DNA of 64,000 bases from NCBI GenBank assembly GCA_951406725.2, contig OX597831.1, forward strand, positions 4,278,001 to 4,342,000, written 5' to 3'. Origin of the DNA: Octopus vulgaris (lineage: Eukaryota). Below the pieces are notes generated by a model, which saw only the letters and a program-made list of their open reading frames with translations, was not told the origin of the DNA and did no database searches. This document shows positions 1 through 12,295 of the stretch, one piece after another; within the stretch, counting starts at the first letter, position 1; every line of letters begins with the position of its first letter. Made by a program: the position numbers and the translations under genes.

Positions 1-17
1 AAGGCTGTCGTAAACAT

Positions 18-212
18 TCAGTTGGAGTTACATATATTATTGTTTAAATTAGCTTGATTGGGCTCAATGCGACTTGAAGTTTCGTTGGCATCTAGCAGAA
101 ACCTGGTACGTTAAACACCAGGTTACTGAATCTGAGTAATCTGAGCCTGATCGAACCTTCTGTTAGAAGCCTGCAAAACTTTACGTAGCTAGGAGCCGAA
201 TCAAACTTTTTA
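18..212 (+). repeat. Structured (rod-like hairpin) repeat ending at an (AAT)n tract; related copy at ~37641-37860
   Basis: Nested inverted pairs TTGATTGGGCTC/GAGCCGAATCAA, GAAGTTT/AAACTTT, TCTAGCAGAA/TTCTGTTAGA; shares CAGT(T/A)GGAGTTACATATAT leader with the 37.6 kb copy. Confidence 0.55.
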
Positions 213-225
213 AATAATAATAATA

Positions 226-306
<81 letters not shown>

Positions 307-385
307 GTAATAATAATAATAATAATGATAATAATAATAATGATGATAATAATATTAATAATAATGATGATAATAATAATAATAA
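213..385. repeat. (AAT)n microsatellite
   Basis: Direct reading. Confidence 0.98.
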
Positions 386-943
386 ATGGCCTGATGCAGT
401 ACCAGGCAGTGGCTCTCATGGCTTCTGATCTTAACTGATTGGAAGTGTTATCATGTACATTGATTTGTCTTGGTATAAAAGATGGACTACAGCAAATATT
501 CTGCTCTATACCACAGATTTGCTTGTCAGTTGTTTGATCTTAACCAGTTGACCATGTCCCTTAGTGGCTGACGCTATGTGCATCTCTGATCATGAACAGA
601 AGTAGTGGTGGGTGAGCATCATAGCCATGTGTTGAAAGGAACTCTTGGAGGTTTGGATAATTCACCTTTGGAAATATTGGTGGTTCGTTCAACATCCTTA
701 AACAACCCTTATTCATGGACCTTTTGTGCGGGATGGGCTACTCGACCAGAAGAAAATTCTAACTGGGCCCCGCCTGCAAGGTCAAGTGCTGTTTATTTTG
801 ATATGAGATCACCATGTCATGCACATATGGTTGTGATGCATGTGCCTGGTGTACCTTTATCAGACGAGTTGTCATGATGGGTATACTGGGCTACGTATAT
901 TTTACCCCAGTGTCACGCTGATTGCATGCACTGCTCTCTCACT
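386..943 (+). mobile_element. Non-coding ~560-bp insertion in a TAA array, probably the 3' UTR of a TAA-targeting non-LTR retrotransposon
   Basis: Complex sequence bounded on both sides by (AAT)n, ending CTCTCACTC-AATAATAAT; same architecture as the Dong-like insertion at 22.6-23.1 kb; no convincing ORF. Confidence 0.45.
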
Positions 944-969
944 CAATAATAATAATAATGATAACAATA

Positions 970-1063
<94 letters not shown>

Positions 1064-1074
1064 TAATAATAATG

Positions 1075-1126
<52 letters not shown>

Positions 1127-1128
1127 TA

Positions 1129-1222
<94 letters not shown>

Positions 1223-1248
1223 TAATAATAATGATGATGATGATGATA

Positions 1249-1309
<61 letters not shown>
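944..1309. repeat. (AAT)n grading into (GAT)n, with an internal ~159-bp duplication of the interruption pattern
   Basis: AACAAT..GATAATGAT..AATAAAAAT pattern occurs at ~962 and ~1121. Confidence 0.95.
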
Positions 1310-1312
1310 CAG

Positions 1313-1508
1313 AGATATGATAGGTTAGCTTGGGAAGTTAAGCAGTTGTGGTCGATGAAAAAGATAGGAGTAGTACCAATAATTGTCGGACCCCTGGAAA
1401 CAGTGAGCAAAAACCTCGAGAAGTATGTGGAACAAACAGGGGATGCAATAAGGGTGGAGCACTTGCAGAAAACAGCACAGCTTGGATCCGCTCGAAATCT
1501 CCGGAAAG
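1313..1508 (+). pseudogene. C-terminal fragment of an R4/Dong-type (restriction-like endonuclease) non-LTR retrotransposon ORF
   Basis: Translates RYDRLAWEVKQLWSMKKIGVVPIIVGPLETVSKNLEKY...LQKTAQLGSARNLRK, homologous to the 22.6 kb fragment (KYKDLLIEIKKMW...IPVIVGAL...VQKIVLTGTSHVFRR). Confidence 0.75.
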
Positions 1509-1534
1509 CATATATATATATCGCCATGATAGAT

Positions 1535-1705
1535 CGGTAGCCACTACACACATTTTTTTCTCTCTTTGTGTCCCTTTCTGTAGAAGAGCATCGGCTCGAA
1601 ACGTAAAATACTTTTTCACTTCCTGAGTGTTATACTAATACATCTGTTTGTTTTCTACACCACCTGTCTTCCTCTTTTGTTTTTTTTCGTGAACTCTCCC
1701 CGCCT
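1535..1705 (+). mobile_element. Short PLE-like non-autonomous element (family B2) with minimal HHR motif at 1575-1608
   Basis: TTT-CTGTAGA-A-GAGC-ATCG-GCTC-GAAA-CG-TA-AAA; flanked by (TA)n; homologous to 3.5, 29.0, 45.7, 48.2, 49.1 kb copies. Confidence 0.65.
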
Positions 1706-1722
1706 ATATATATATATATATA

Positions 1723-1770
1723 TGACGGTCAGATGAAGGCTTGTAGGCTGAAGCTTCGAAGTCACTGTCA
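1723..1770 (+). ncRNA. Degenerate minimal type I hammerhead motif
   Basis: TGACGGT-CAGATGA-A-GGCT-TGTA-GGCT-GAAG-CTTCGAAG-TC-ACTGTCA: 7-bp stem I, palindromic stem III, two core substitutions. Confidence 0.55.
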
Positions 1771-1914
1771 TCACACTTTTTGTAAAAGTAAAATATTTAC
1801 TTTTCAAACAGTATTGAGAAATTCTTTAGTTTACAGTAAAACTGCTTTTATCATAACTTGGCATAGAAACAGGCGCTAATATAAGTGTGTGTGTGTGAGT
1901 GTAAATGTGTGTCA

Positions 1915-1945
<31 letters not shown>

Positions 1946-2078
1946 CGTACACGAAGATAATGCTGAAAATGTGCACAACAGGGTGTATATATTTACTGTT
2001 CCCATACAGAACACGTTTTTACTTCTATTAGGTTATGACCCGGAAAAAAAATAATCGGCGTCATCTTTGCATTGTGAA

Positions 2079-2149
<71 letters not shown>

Positions 2150-2424
2150 TTTATGCATATATATATATTTATATATATATACACACAAACACACACACAA
2201 ACATATATATATGTATATGTATGTATATATATACCATTATGATTATATCGTCATGAAGAAGCGAATACAGCACCAACGCCTTCATTCCTGGACTGACTGT
2301 ATTCTACTCCGCAACTACCAAATTTAAGTTTGTATGGAACGCTTTATTTTAAAGAAAACTTCTCATTTCTCTGCACTCTTTCAGCTGGTATTCGCAAGAG
2401 TGCTGATGCAAGGATAATATGTGA

Positions 2425-2590
2425 CCGCGTGTACATCGTTGGCGATTTTATTCCTCCGTCTTCCCTTCTTTGGACTTCTATATTTCTGATGAAGAGCTCC
2501 GCTCGAAACGTGAAATCCGCTTTCTTTTTTTTCCTTTCTTCAGCGTCCAATAACACAGTACTTGTTCCACCCTCCGCAAATTCCTAAATT
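2425..2590 (+). mobile_element. Short PLE-like element (family B1) with minimal HHR at 2482-2516
   Basis: ATTT-CTGATGA-A-GAGC-TCC-GCTC-GAAA-CG-TG-AAAT (cleavage-site H mutated to G); homologous to 16.9 and 63.0 kb copies. Confidence 0.7.
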
Positions 2591-2797
2591 TTATTTAATT
2601 TGATTTGCGGGAGCAACTGTTGTTAAATGCTCGAAATCCGAGAGTAGAAAAACAGCCAACAACTGATGAAGGGTCATTCTTTTGTGTTGTTTGTCTTGTT
2701 TTCCATTTGTGCCTTTCGTTGTTAAAAAAAAATAGTTCATATTCCATGTACTCGTACTTCGTATTTTTTGTTGTACACATTTCGTGACGTCCTCTGC

Positions 2798-2860
<63 letters not shown>

Positions 2861-2866
2861 CATACA

Positions 2867-2902
<36 letters not shown>

Positions 2903-2935
2903 CATACACACACACATATATATATATATACGTAT

Positions 2936-2982
<47 letters not shown>

Positions 2983-3135
2983 TACGTATAAATGTATGTA
3001 CGTGTACGCTTGTATATATGCATATATATTTATTATTTATATTATATTACATATATATATATATACACTTTTATTCTTTTATTCTTTTATATGTTTCAAC
3101 CATATGGTATCCATATCTATAAATATATAGATATA

Positions 3136-3500
3136 GGTGATTCCCAACACGGCTTCGTGCCGAAGAGATTTTGCTTGACCAACTTACCGGTAATGGAAGA
3201 ATTGGTGACGCGTATCCTGGATGATGGTGATGCTGTTGACATCGTTTTATTGGACTTTGCCAAAGCTTTTGACACGGTTAACCACCGCCTTTTACTTGTG
3301 AAGCTTCAAGCATATAGTTTCCATCCAGATATTGTACGATGGGTTGGTGCCTTCCTCTCAGATCGCTCCTTCCAAGTCCAAGTTAATAGTTCGCTGTCCG
3401 ACGTCTCCAGTGCGAGCATTGGTGTGCCTCAAGGTTCAGTGCTTGGGCCCTTATTGTTTTTAGTCTTTATAAATGACTTGCCCGACGACCTCACGCAACA
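3136..3500 (+). pseudogene. Reverse transcriptase fragment, CR1/L2-group LINE
   Basis: Motifs SQHGF..R.CLTNL, VDIVLLDFAKAFDTVNH, WV.AFLSDR.FQV.VN, GVPQGSVLGPLLFLVFINDLP; truncated before the YADD motif. Confidence 0.9.
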
Positions 3501-3509
3501 CACCCTTCT

Positions 3510-3645
3510 AAACAACAAGCAGATGTATTAGTATAACGCTCGGGAAGTGAAAAAGTCTTTAACGGTTCGAGCCTACGCTCTTCCACAGAAAGGAAGACGG
3601 AAAGAAACAAGGTGAGAAAATAAAGAATGTTTAGTGGCTAGCGCT

Positions 3646-3650
<5 letters not shown>
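3510..3650 (-). mobile_element. Family B2 PLE-like element with HHR motif at 3557-3592
   Basis: Minus strand CTTT-CTGTGGA-A-GAGC-GTAG-GCTC-GAAC-CG-TT-AAAG. Confidence 0.6.
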
Positions 3651-3701
<51 letters not shown>

Positions 3702-3702
<1 letters not shown>

Positions 3703-4467
3703 CTTATAAGTAAGGGCTAAAGAAAATTATTTCAAAGCCAATATGCTGATAACAGACTATTAAATCGTCAATTTCCACATATAATCTACTCGCTACAGCA
3801 AAAATCGAACTGAAGTCGGGCAAACTGGCCGTTAGAATATTTAAAATTCATTATCTCTATATTGAATCAATTTCGGAATTAATCTCATAAAAGATTTATT
3901 CGTCTTCAGTAGAGCTTACGAGAGAATATAAATAATATACTTACATGCGGCCATGGAAAAAGCCGAAACAAAAAAAATGAATACATTTAAGTACCCCAGT
4001 TATATCTAAAAATAAAAATTCTTTGGTCAGCCTCAGTACAACGTGTTGACTACTCGCCACTACAGGTTATAGTGGTTACCAGTCCCTATAGCGAGTAGTA
4101 ATAAGTCTACTACTAATATAGGATGAAGTTTTTTTTCTCTACAGAAAAAAATTCCATCAAGAAATGTGGCAGCATATTAATATATCTTATTAAAATTTCG
4201 AAATTGATTCAATATAGAGATAACGAATTTTAAATATTCTAACGGCCAGTTTGCCCGATTTCAGTTCGATTTTTGCTGTAGCGAGTAGATTATATGTGGA
4301 AATTGACGATTTAAAAGTCTGTTATCAGCATATTGGCTTTGAAATAATTTTCTTTAGCCCTTACTTATAAGTTGTTTATAACTTTAACCGTAAAGGTATT
4401 TTAATATGCTGCCACATTTCTTGATGGAATATTTTTCTGTAGAGAAAAACTTCATCCTATATTAGTA

Positions 4468-4470
<3 letters not shown>
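3702..4470 (-). mobile_element. HHR-containing ~484-nt retrozyme/PLE-like unit (3702-~4190) plus inverted partial copy (~4193-4470)
   Basis: 3702-3880 is the near-perfect reverse complement of 4193-4371; 4108-4180 is the reverse complement of ~4400-4470; homologous to 21314-21822; flanked by (TA)n on both sides. Confidence 0.85.
3855..3914 (-). ncRNA. Type I hammerhead ribozyme
   Basis: Minus strand CTCTA-CTGAAGA-[CGAATAAATCT-TTTATG-AGATTAATTCC]-GAAA-TTG-ATT-CAA-TA-TAGAG; full core, stems I-III pair (first stem II pair is C.C). Confidence 0.8.
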
Positions 4471-4561
<91 letters not shown>

Positions 4562-4679
4562 ATATATATATATATTTACTTACAGGCTTAACTAACCCGT
4601 AGGTATCTGATGAAATTTTTGATGAAGATACGTCGTCCCAAGTAGTAAGTTATGATTTTTTCTCTGATACTCTCTCGAT

Positions 4680-4705
4680 AACCCGGGCAACGTCGGGTAA
4701 TGCAG
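4680..4705 (+). mobile_element. Helitron-like 3' terminal hairpin remnant
   Basis: ACCCGGGCAACGTCGGGT hairpin; similar motif on minus strand at ~25710-25733; terminal CTAG not intact. Confidence 0.3.
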
Positions 4706-4709
4706 AAGT

Positions 4710-5357
4710 ATGTGTATATGTTATTGGTGTCTTTATGTATGTATCTATGTGTGCATTTCTGTATGTGTGTGTGTGCGTGTGATGTGTATGTGTGTGTGTG
4801 TGTTTGTATTGATGGAGGGAGAGCGATGAGAGAAGAGTGACAGATATACATAGAGAGCTTGAGAATCACCACACACACACAAACATACGCTTGCATACAT
4901 TACAGACACACAGATAAACTACTCACACATACAGACGCATACGCAATCACACACGCACACTCAAACACACTAAGCTGTACACACAGACACACAACACCAC
5001 ACAGACGTACTACAATATACACACACATACTCCACATTATATACTACAGACATACAGACATACACGCACACACACACACATAAATACACACTCTACTCGG
5101 TGCACACACACACACACACACTCACACGCACACACTCTATATCACACAGCCTCATACCCGACACTGCACACACGGATACGTACATACCCCATACACACAC
5201 ATACACATAAACACACACATCACACTGTACACACACACATGGCTATGTCCACCCCAACACACCTTCTTGTAACAAACATGTTTCAATTTACTTGCGCCAT
5301 CAACCTTCACTGACCTTAGTCATGTCAGATTAAGAGAGTGGAATATATTGATTTCAT

Positions 5358-5394
<37 letters not shown>

Positions 5395-5457
5395 ACACAT
5401 AAACACACACACGTACACACATGTACAAATATAACACTCATAGACACACACATTCAC

Positions 5458-5508
<51 letters not shown>

Positions 5509-5575
5509 TACATACATAAGTGCATGTATATGTATATATACACACACACACATATATATATATATACACACTCAC

Positions 5576-5624
<49 letters not shown>

Positions 5625-5921
5625 CATACATACATAAGTGCGTGTATATGTGTGTGTATATGTATATATTTATATATATATATATATATATATATACATA
5701 CAGATATCTATATATACATACATATACATACACATATACACAAGCATATGTATATAAGCACATACACTATACACACACATACTCATAAACATCCACATAT
5801 GCACGCACATACATATACATATATGTATGCACACGCATATGTTTATAAGCACACACACACACTATATATATATATATATATACACACCAAACATATATTT
5901 ACACATATACATATACATTTT

Positions 5922-5960
<39 letters not shown>

Positions 5961-6120
5961 CAACAGCATCTATACACCCACACTCACCCACATACACACA
6001 CGTGCACATATATATATATATACACAAACCACACGTAAACACACATACGCACATATTTATATATATATACACATCACCCAAATACATTCACATATACATA
6101 TACACGCCTGTACATACGCT
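4710..6120. repeat. Compound (CA)n/(TA)n/(TACA)n low-complexity tract
   Basis: Direct reading. Confidence 0.9.
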
Positions 6121-6129
6121 ACCTTGCAC

Positions 6130-7620
6130 TACCGCCACCATCGATACCACCACTACTACCACCCCAACTATCTCCCTTCAGCACCACTCTGTACCTCACC
6201 GATGCCAAAACTCACCACCGCCACCACCACCACCACCACCACCACCACCACCACCACCACCACCACCACCAATTCCCACTGCCACCAACATCGCCATCAC
6301 CACCACCATCATCATCACAATGATCACAACGGTCTTTACCATCACCACCACCATCACCACCCACACCACAACTACTACCACTTATACAAACAACCAGCAA
6401 CACCATTGTGACACTTTCCGCCGCCGTAGTGGTCTGCGGTGGTGATAGCAGTGGTGGTGGTGGTGGTGGTGGTGGTGGTGGTGGTGGTGGTGGTGGTGAT
6501 GGTAGTGGTGGTGGTGGATGGTAGTGGTGGTGGTGGTGGTGGTGGTTGTAGTGGTGGTAATGGTGGTGGTGGTGGTGGTGGTAGGTGTGGTAGTGGTGGT
6601 GGTGGTGGTGGTGGTGCTGTCAGTAGAAGTATTGGTGGTGGTCGAGGTTCCGATGATAATAACGGTGTAACGGTGGTGGTGGTGGTGGTAGTAGTGGTGG
6701 ATGCAGTAGTGATGGTGGTGTTGGTGGTGGTGGTAATGGTGGTAGTTGTGGTTTTGGTGGTGGTGTTTGTAGTGGTAGTAGTTGTAGTGGTGGTGGTGGT
6801 GGTTGCAGTGGTAGTAGTAGTAGTAGTAGTAGTGGGTGGTGGTCGTGGTGGTGGTGGTGATGGTGATGGTGGTGATGGTGGTGGTGGTGGTGATGGTAGA
6901 GGTGGTGGTGGTGGTGGTAGTAGTGGTGGATGCAGTAGTGTTGGTGGTGGTGGTTGTAGTGGTGGTAATGGTGGTAGTTGTGGTTTTGGTGGTGGTGTTT
7001 GTAGTGGTAGTAGTTGTAGTGGTGGTGGTGGTTGCAGTGGTAGTAGTAGTAGTAGTAATGGTGGTGGTGGTGGTGGTGGTGATGATGGTGGTGGTGGTGG
7101 TGATGGTAGAGGTGGTGGTGGTGGTGTGATGGTGGTGGTGGATGCAGTAGTGGTGTTGGTGTTGGTGTTGGCGGTTGTAGTGGCGGTAATGGTAGTTGTG
7201 GTGGTGGTGGTTGTGGTGGTGGTAGTTCTAGTGGTGGTAATGGTGGCAGTTGTGGTGGTGGTGGTGATGGTGGTGATGGTAGTGGCAGTGGTTGTGGTGG
7301 TGGTGGTGGTGGTAGATGCAGCAGTTGTGGTGGTGTTGTTGGTGTTGGTGTGGCGGTTGTAGTGGCGGTAATGGTAGTTGTGGTGGTGGTGGTTGTGGTG
7401 GTGGTAGTTCTAGTGGTGGTAATGGTGGCAGTTGTGGTGGTGGTGGTGATGGTGGTGATGGTAGTGGCAGTGGTTGTGAGGGTGGTGGTGGTGGTAGATG
7501 CAGCAGTTGTGGTGGTGTTGTTGGTGGTGGTTGTGATGGTAGTGGTGGTGATGGTCACGTCCGTTGTGGTCGTCGTGGTTGTAATCGTGCTGGTAGTGGC
7601 AGCAGCGGTGGTAGTGAGTC
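6130..7620. repeat. (CAC)n tract followed by long degenerate (GTG)n tract with higher-order duplications
   Basis: CAC-rich ~6130-6405, GTG-rich ~6440-7620; ~182-bp unit repeated at ~7170 and ~7352; another block repeated at ~6695 and ~6925. Confidence 0.9.
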
Positions 7621-7974
7621 CAGGAAGTATCTGCACATACATCCATGAGGGTAGACAAACGCGATCTTTGGGAGGGTCACGTGTGGTGCCATTGTGGTGG
7701 TCTCATTGTTATATTTAGCACCATGTTGCTACATGTTCCCTTTAGTCGCTACACGAATACCATGTTGCTGCCTACAGCAATATGGTGATGTAGCATCTCC
7801 CCTCTCACTACATGTATTCTCATGTTACAACATGTGGAACACACACAAGCCGTACAGCCTTATTGTTTCATGTTGTTCAATGTTGCCACATGAAAACACT
7901 ATTGCCACATGTTACATCATATGTTTCTTGAGCCGGAGAGAAAGAATAGACACATGGACAGATTTGTAAGTATG

Positions 7975-8620
7975 GGTTTTATATATATACATATATATAC
8001 ATACATATATACATATAAATATATATACACATACATATCTCTACATATGTATATACATATATATATGTATATACATATATATATATATAAGTATATATAT
8101 ATGTATGTATGTATGTATGCATACACGTATATGTATATGTATGCATATATATATATATATACATAAATATACATACATATATATGTATGTATATACACAC
8201 ATATATATATATATGTATGTATATACATATATATATGTATGTATATACATATATATATATATGTGTATGTATATACATATGTACACACACACATATATAT
8301 ATACACATATATGTATATGCATATAGATATACAGATATGTGCAAATGATTTATATGTATGTGATATATGTACACCCACACACACAAAAACACAAGCACAC
8401 CAATATGTATATATGTATGCCCAAATGTGTGTATGTGTGTGTGTGTGTGTATGAAACGTTTGTATTCTAAGTTGAAGCAGCCATAGTAGGGTTCTGAGAA
8501 GGACGAACTATTATGTGTTCAGGTAAAAGAAATATGAGTTCCGTGGAGAAGGGCGCAGGATGGGGTGGATACAGGAAGGTACCTAGATAAATGGGTGGAC
8601 AGAGAGATCATATACACACA

Positions 8621-8714
<94 letters not shown>

Positions 8715-9560
8715 CATGCATATATATATACATATACATTTATTTATTGCAAACATACATATATATGTGTGTGTGTGTATGTATATAAACGTATACATAT
8801 ATATCTATATGTGTGTGTATACACACACGTATACACACACACCTATATATGTGTTTGTGAGTGTGGGTGTGTGTGTATACATACATATATACACACAAAT
8901 ACATACATGTATATGCATATGTATATAAGTATATATTCGAAAAATATATGTATATATGTATGTCTGTGTGTGTGGCCATGTGTATGCACATACACACATA
9001 CATACACGTGTGTGTGTGTGTGTGTCAGTGCATGTATGCAGATATGTATGCATATATGTATGTATATATGTATGTGTGTATGTATGTGTATATGTATGCA
9101 TATATATGTATGTATGTACGTATGTATGTATGTATGTATGCATATATATGTATGTATGTACGTATGTACGTATGTATGTATGCTTGTATGTATGTATGTA
9201 TGTATGTACTTATGTATGTATGTATGTATGTATGTACTTATGTATGTACGTATGTATGTATGTATGTATGTATGTATGTATGTATGCTTGTATGTATGTA
9301 TGTATGTATGTATGTATGTATGTATATGTATGCATGTATGTATGTATGTATGTATGTATGTATTTATGTATGTATGTATGTATGTATGTATGTATGTATG
9401 TATGTATGTATGTATGCATGTATGCATGTATGTATGTATGTATGCATGCATGTATGCATGTATGCATGTATGTATGTATGTATGTATGCATATATATGTA
9501 TGTATGTATGTATGTATGCATATATATGTATGTATGTATGTATGTAACTATTTATGTATT
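7975..9560. repeat. Compound (TA)n/(CA)n and long (TATG)n microsatellite
   Basis: Direct reading; (TATG)n ~9030-9545. Confidence 0.92.
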
Positions 9561-9745
9561 TATTATGCCTAACTACGACTCAAGCCAATCTAAATGAAAA
9601 ATAACATTTGTCCATTTCGGCTGATATTGGGTTGTCTCTCTTGAGTATCGAATTCTTCAGCGGACTCTCACACAGCATTCTTCATGTTTGACAGCCAGAT
9701 GTCGCCACCAAATTGACTGACCATCAAAACACTAACAACAACAGC

Positions 9746-9778
<33 letters not shown>

Positions 9779-9959
9779 TTATCAATGTTCTATGTATTTT
9801 CTATATTTTATCCCAACAATCTACTCTAAGATTCCGACAGCGATACATACATACATACATACATACATACATGCGTATATAGACACGCACACATATATAC
9901 GTAGAGACATACGTTCATACGTACATACATGTGTACATAAAATCATATATACATATATA

Positions 9960-10059
<100 letters not shown>

Positions 10060-10187
10060 CATATATACATCGAAGGTGAGAGCGAAAGAGAGGGAGAGAT
10101 GCCCATGCCTAAACATACATGCGCAAAATCTATTCTGAATTTTTCTTACACTATGTTGCGAAGACTAGTATCTATCACTCTTCCTGC

Positions 10188-10218
<31 letters not shown>

Positions 10219-11030
10219 CTCTCGCTCGCTCGCTCTCTCTTTCTCCTTTTCTTTCTCTCTCTCCCACACCACACATTTCACTCGCTCTTTTTTCATTCTC
10301 TCTCTTTCTCTCTCTCTCTCTCACTCTTTTTAACTAGTTCTCTCTAAAATGTGTGTTGTGTGCGCGCGCACGTGTGTATGTGTGTGTGCTTCGTGTTCGT
10401 ATTTGGTTTGCGATATTCCTGGTGTGAATTCGTTTGCTGAAACAAATCTTATTGTGTTTTGGGAGGGTCATCACACCAATAATAATAACACGCGCACTGG
10501 CTCAATATAACTTTCTTACTGTTAGTCAACAGGTTAAATATCTGACCTACTAACTAATCGATCGTTCGTTTAATGTGCTGGTTAAACAATCAATCGATTG
10601 TTTGTTAGTCAAAGTCCTTTCTTCGCTATCCTCAGCCTCCTCAATGACATACCCTCTCTCTTCGAAGCAGAAGCTGCTTTGAGCAAATATCTTCGACTAT
10701 ACTTATGTTGTAGTACAAAATATTTGCTCAAAGAACCGCGAAGTAGGACTGAACCCGAAACCCTATAGTTGTGAAGTGAGCTCCTTAACCACACACTTAA
10801 TGCCTGCACCTAAATAAATGTAACAGACATTTAGGTTCTACCTAGTCTTTTGAAATATATAGCTTATATTTATTGAAATTACTGATTAACCACGGATACC
10901 ATCAGAAGAATATATGCAGCCGTGACTCGCTTCACTGAAACAGGGGAGTCATGTCAGTGTAAATATGATGCAACCGTAATATGACTCTTGCTTTTGATCA
11001 ATGAATACTCTCTTTACTCTTTTCTCTATT

Positions 11031-11313
11031 TTACTTGTTTCAGTCATTTGACTGCGGCCATGCTGGAGCACCGCCTTTAATCGAGCAAACTTGACCCCGG
11101 GACTTATTCTTTCGTAAGCCCAGTACTTATTCTATCGGTCTATTTTGCCGAACCGCTAAATGACGGGGACATAAACACACCAGCATCAGTTGTCAAGCAA
11201 TGCTAGGGGGACAAACACAGACACACAAACACACACGTCTATATATATATATATATACGACGGGCTTCTTTCAGTTTCCGTCTACCAAATCCACTCACAA
11301 GGCTTCGGTCGGC
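11031..11313 (-). mobile_element. SINE family A, 5'-truncated
   Basis: Reverse complement of the body and tail of the 11910-12295 copy. Confidence 0.85.
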
Positions 11314-11909
11314 GTGGTAAAATGCCTCTCAAAAATGCTTGTATTTAGAGCTTAATTAAATCCAGCAAATGGTAGGGTAGATGGTATATCATATCAAATT
11401 TTAACAGAAAACGGTTATCACCAAAATATCCACATATTCAAATATAGAAGCAAAAGTAATGACACCTCGCTATCACAACAGGTATGGTACCTCAAAGGCA
11501 GAAAAGAGAATGCAAATGAAATATCATTAGAAAAGCAAAACCAAGGAACGGACGTGACACGAGATGTAATACGCGCATAACTGAGAAGCTGCTAATACAA
11601 ACAGCACCTACATGTTTGAGCTGTTAGACTGATGTTATGCCGAAGTCCCATATTGAAGAATTTAGTTGAAGAAGTCGACTCATTATTTTTTGTTTTTGTT
11701 CTTTTTTTCTAAGCGTAATTAACGTCGGTGGCGTCCGAAGCATGAAGGGAGGTTACCGAAAGATATTTAATTTCTGATTATCCACTGAAAATTTAAACAA
11801 AAAATAAACACAACTACGTATTGATGGGCACGAACACTGAAACTAAATAAGGTTCTTTATCAGAGCAAAACCGTTGATTTTAGATCTTAGATCAAATAAA
11901 TTCCTAAAT

Positions 11910-12295
11910 GCGCTGGAGTGGCTGTGTGGTAAGTAGCTTGCTTACCAACCACATGGTTCCGGGTTCAGTTCCACTGCGTGGCATCTTGGGCAAGTGTCTT
12001 CTGCTATAGCCTCGGGCCGACCAATGCCTTGTGAGTGGATTTGGTAGACGGAAACTGAAAGAAGCCTGTCGTATATATGTATATATATATATTCGTTTGT
12101 GTGTCTGTGTTTGTCCCCCTAGCATTGCTTGACAACCGATGCTGGTGTGTTTATGTCCCCGTCACTTAGCGGTTCGGCAAAAAGAGACCGATAGAATAAG
12201 TAGTGGGCTTACAAAGAATAAGTCCCGGGGTCGAGTTGCTCGACTAAAGGTGGTGCTCCAGCATGGCCGCAGTCAAATGACTGAAACAAGTAAAA
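11910..12295 (+). mobile_element. tRNA-derived SINE family A (full length)
   Basis: A box TGGCTGTGTGG, B box GGTTCAGTTCC, internal (TA)/(TG) linker, tail GGTGCTCCAGCATGGCCGCAGTCAAATGACTGAAACAAGTAAAA; more than 15 related copies or fragments in window. Confidence 0.92.
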
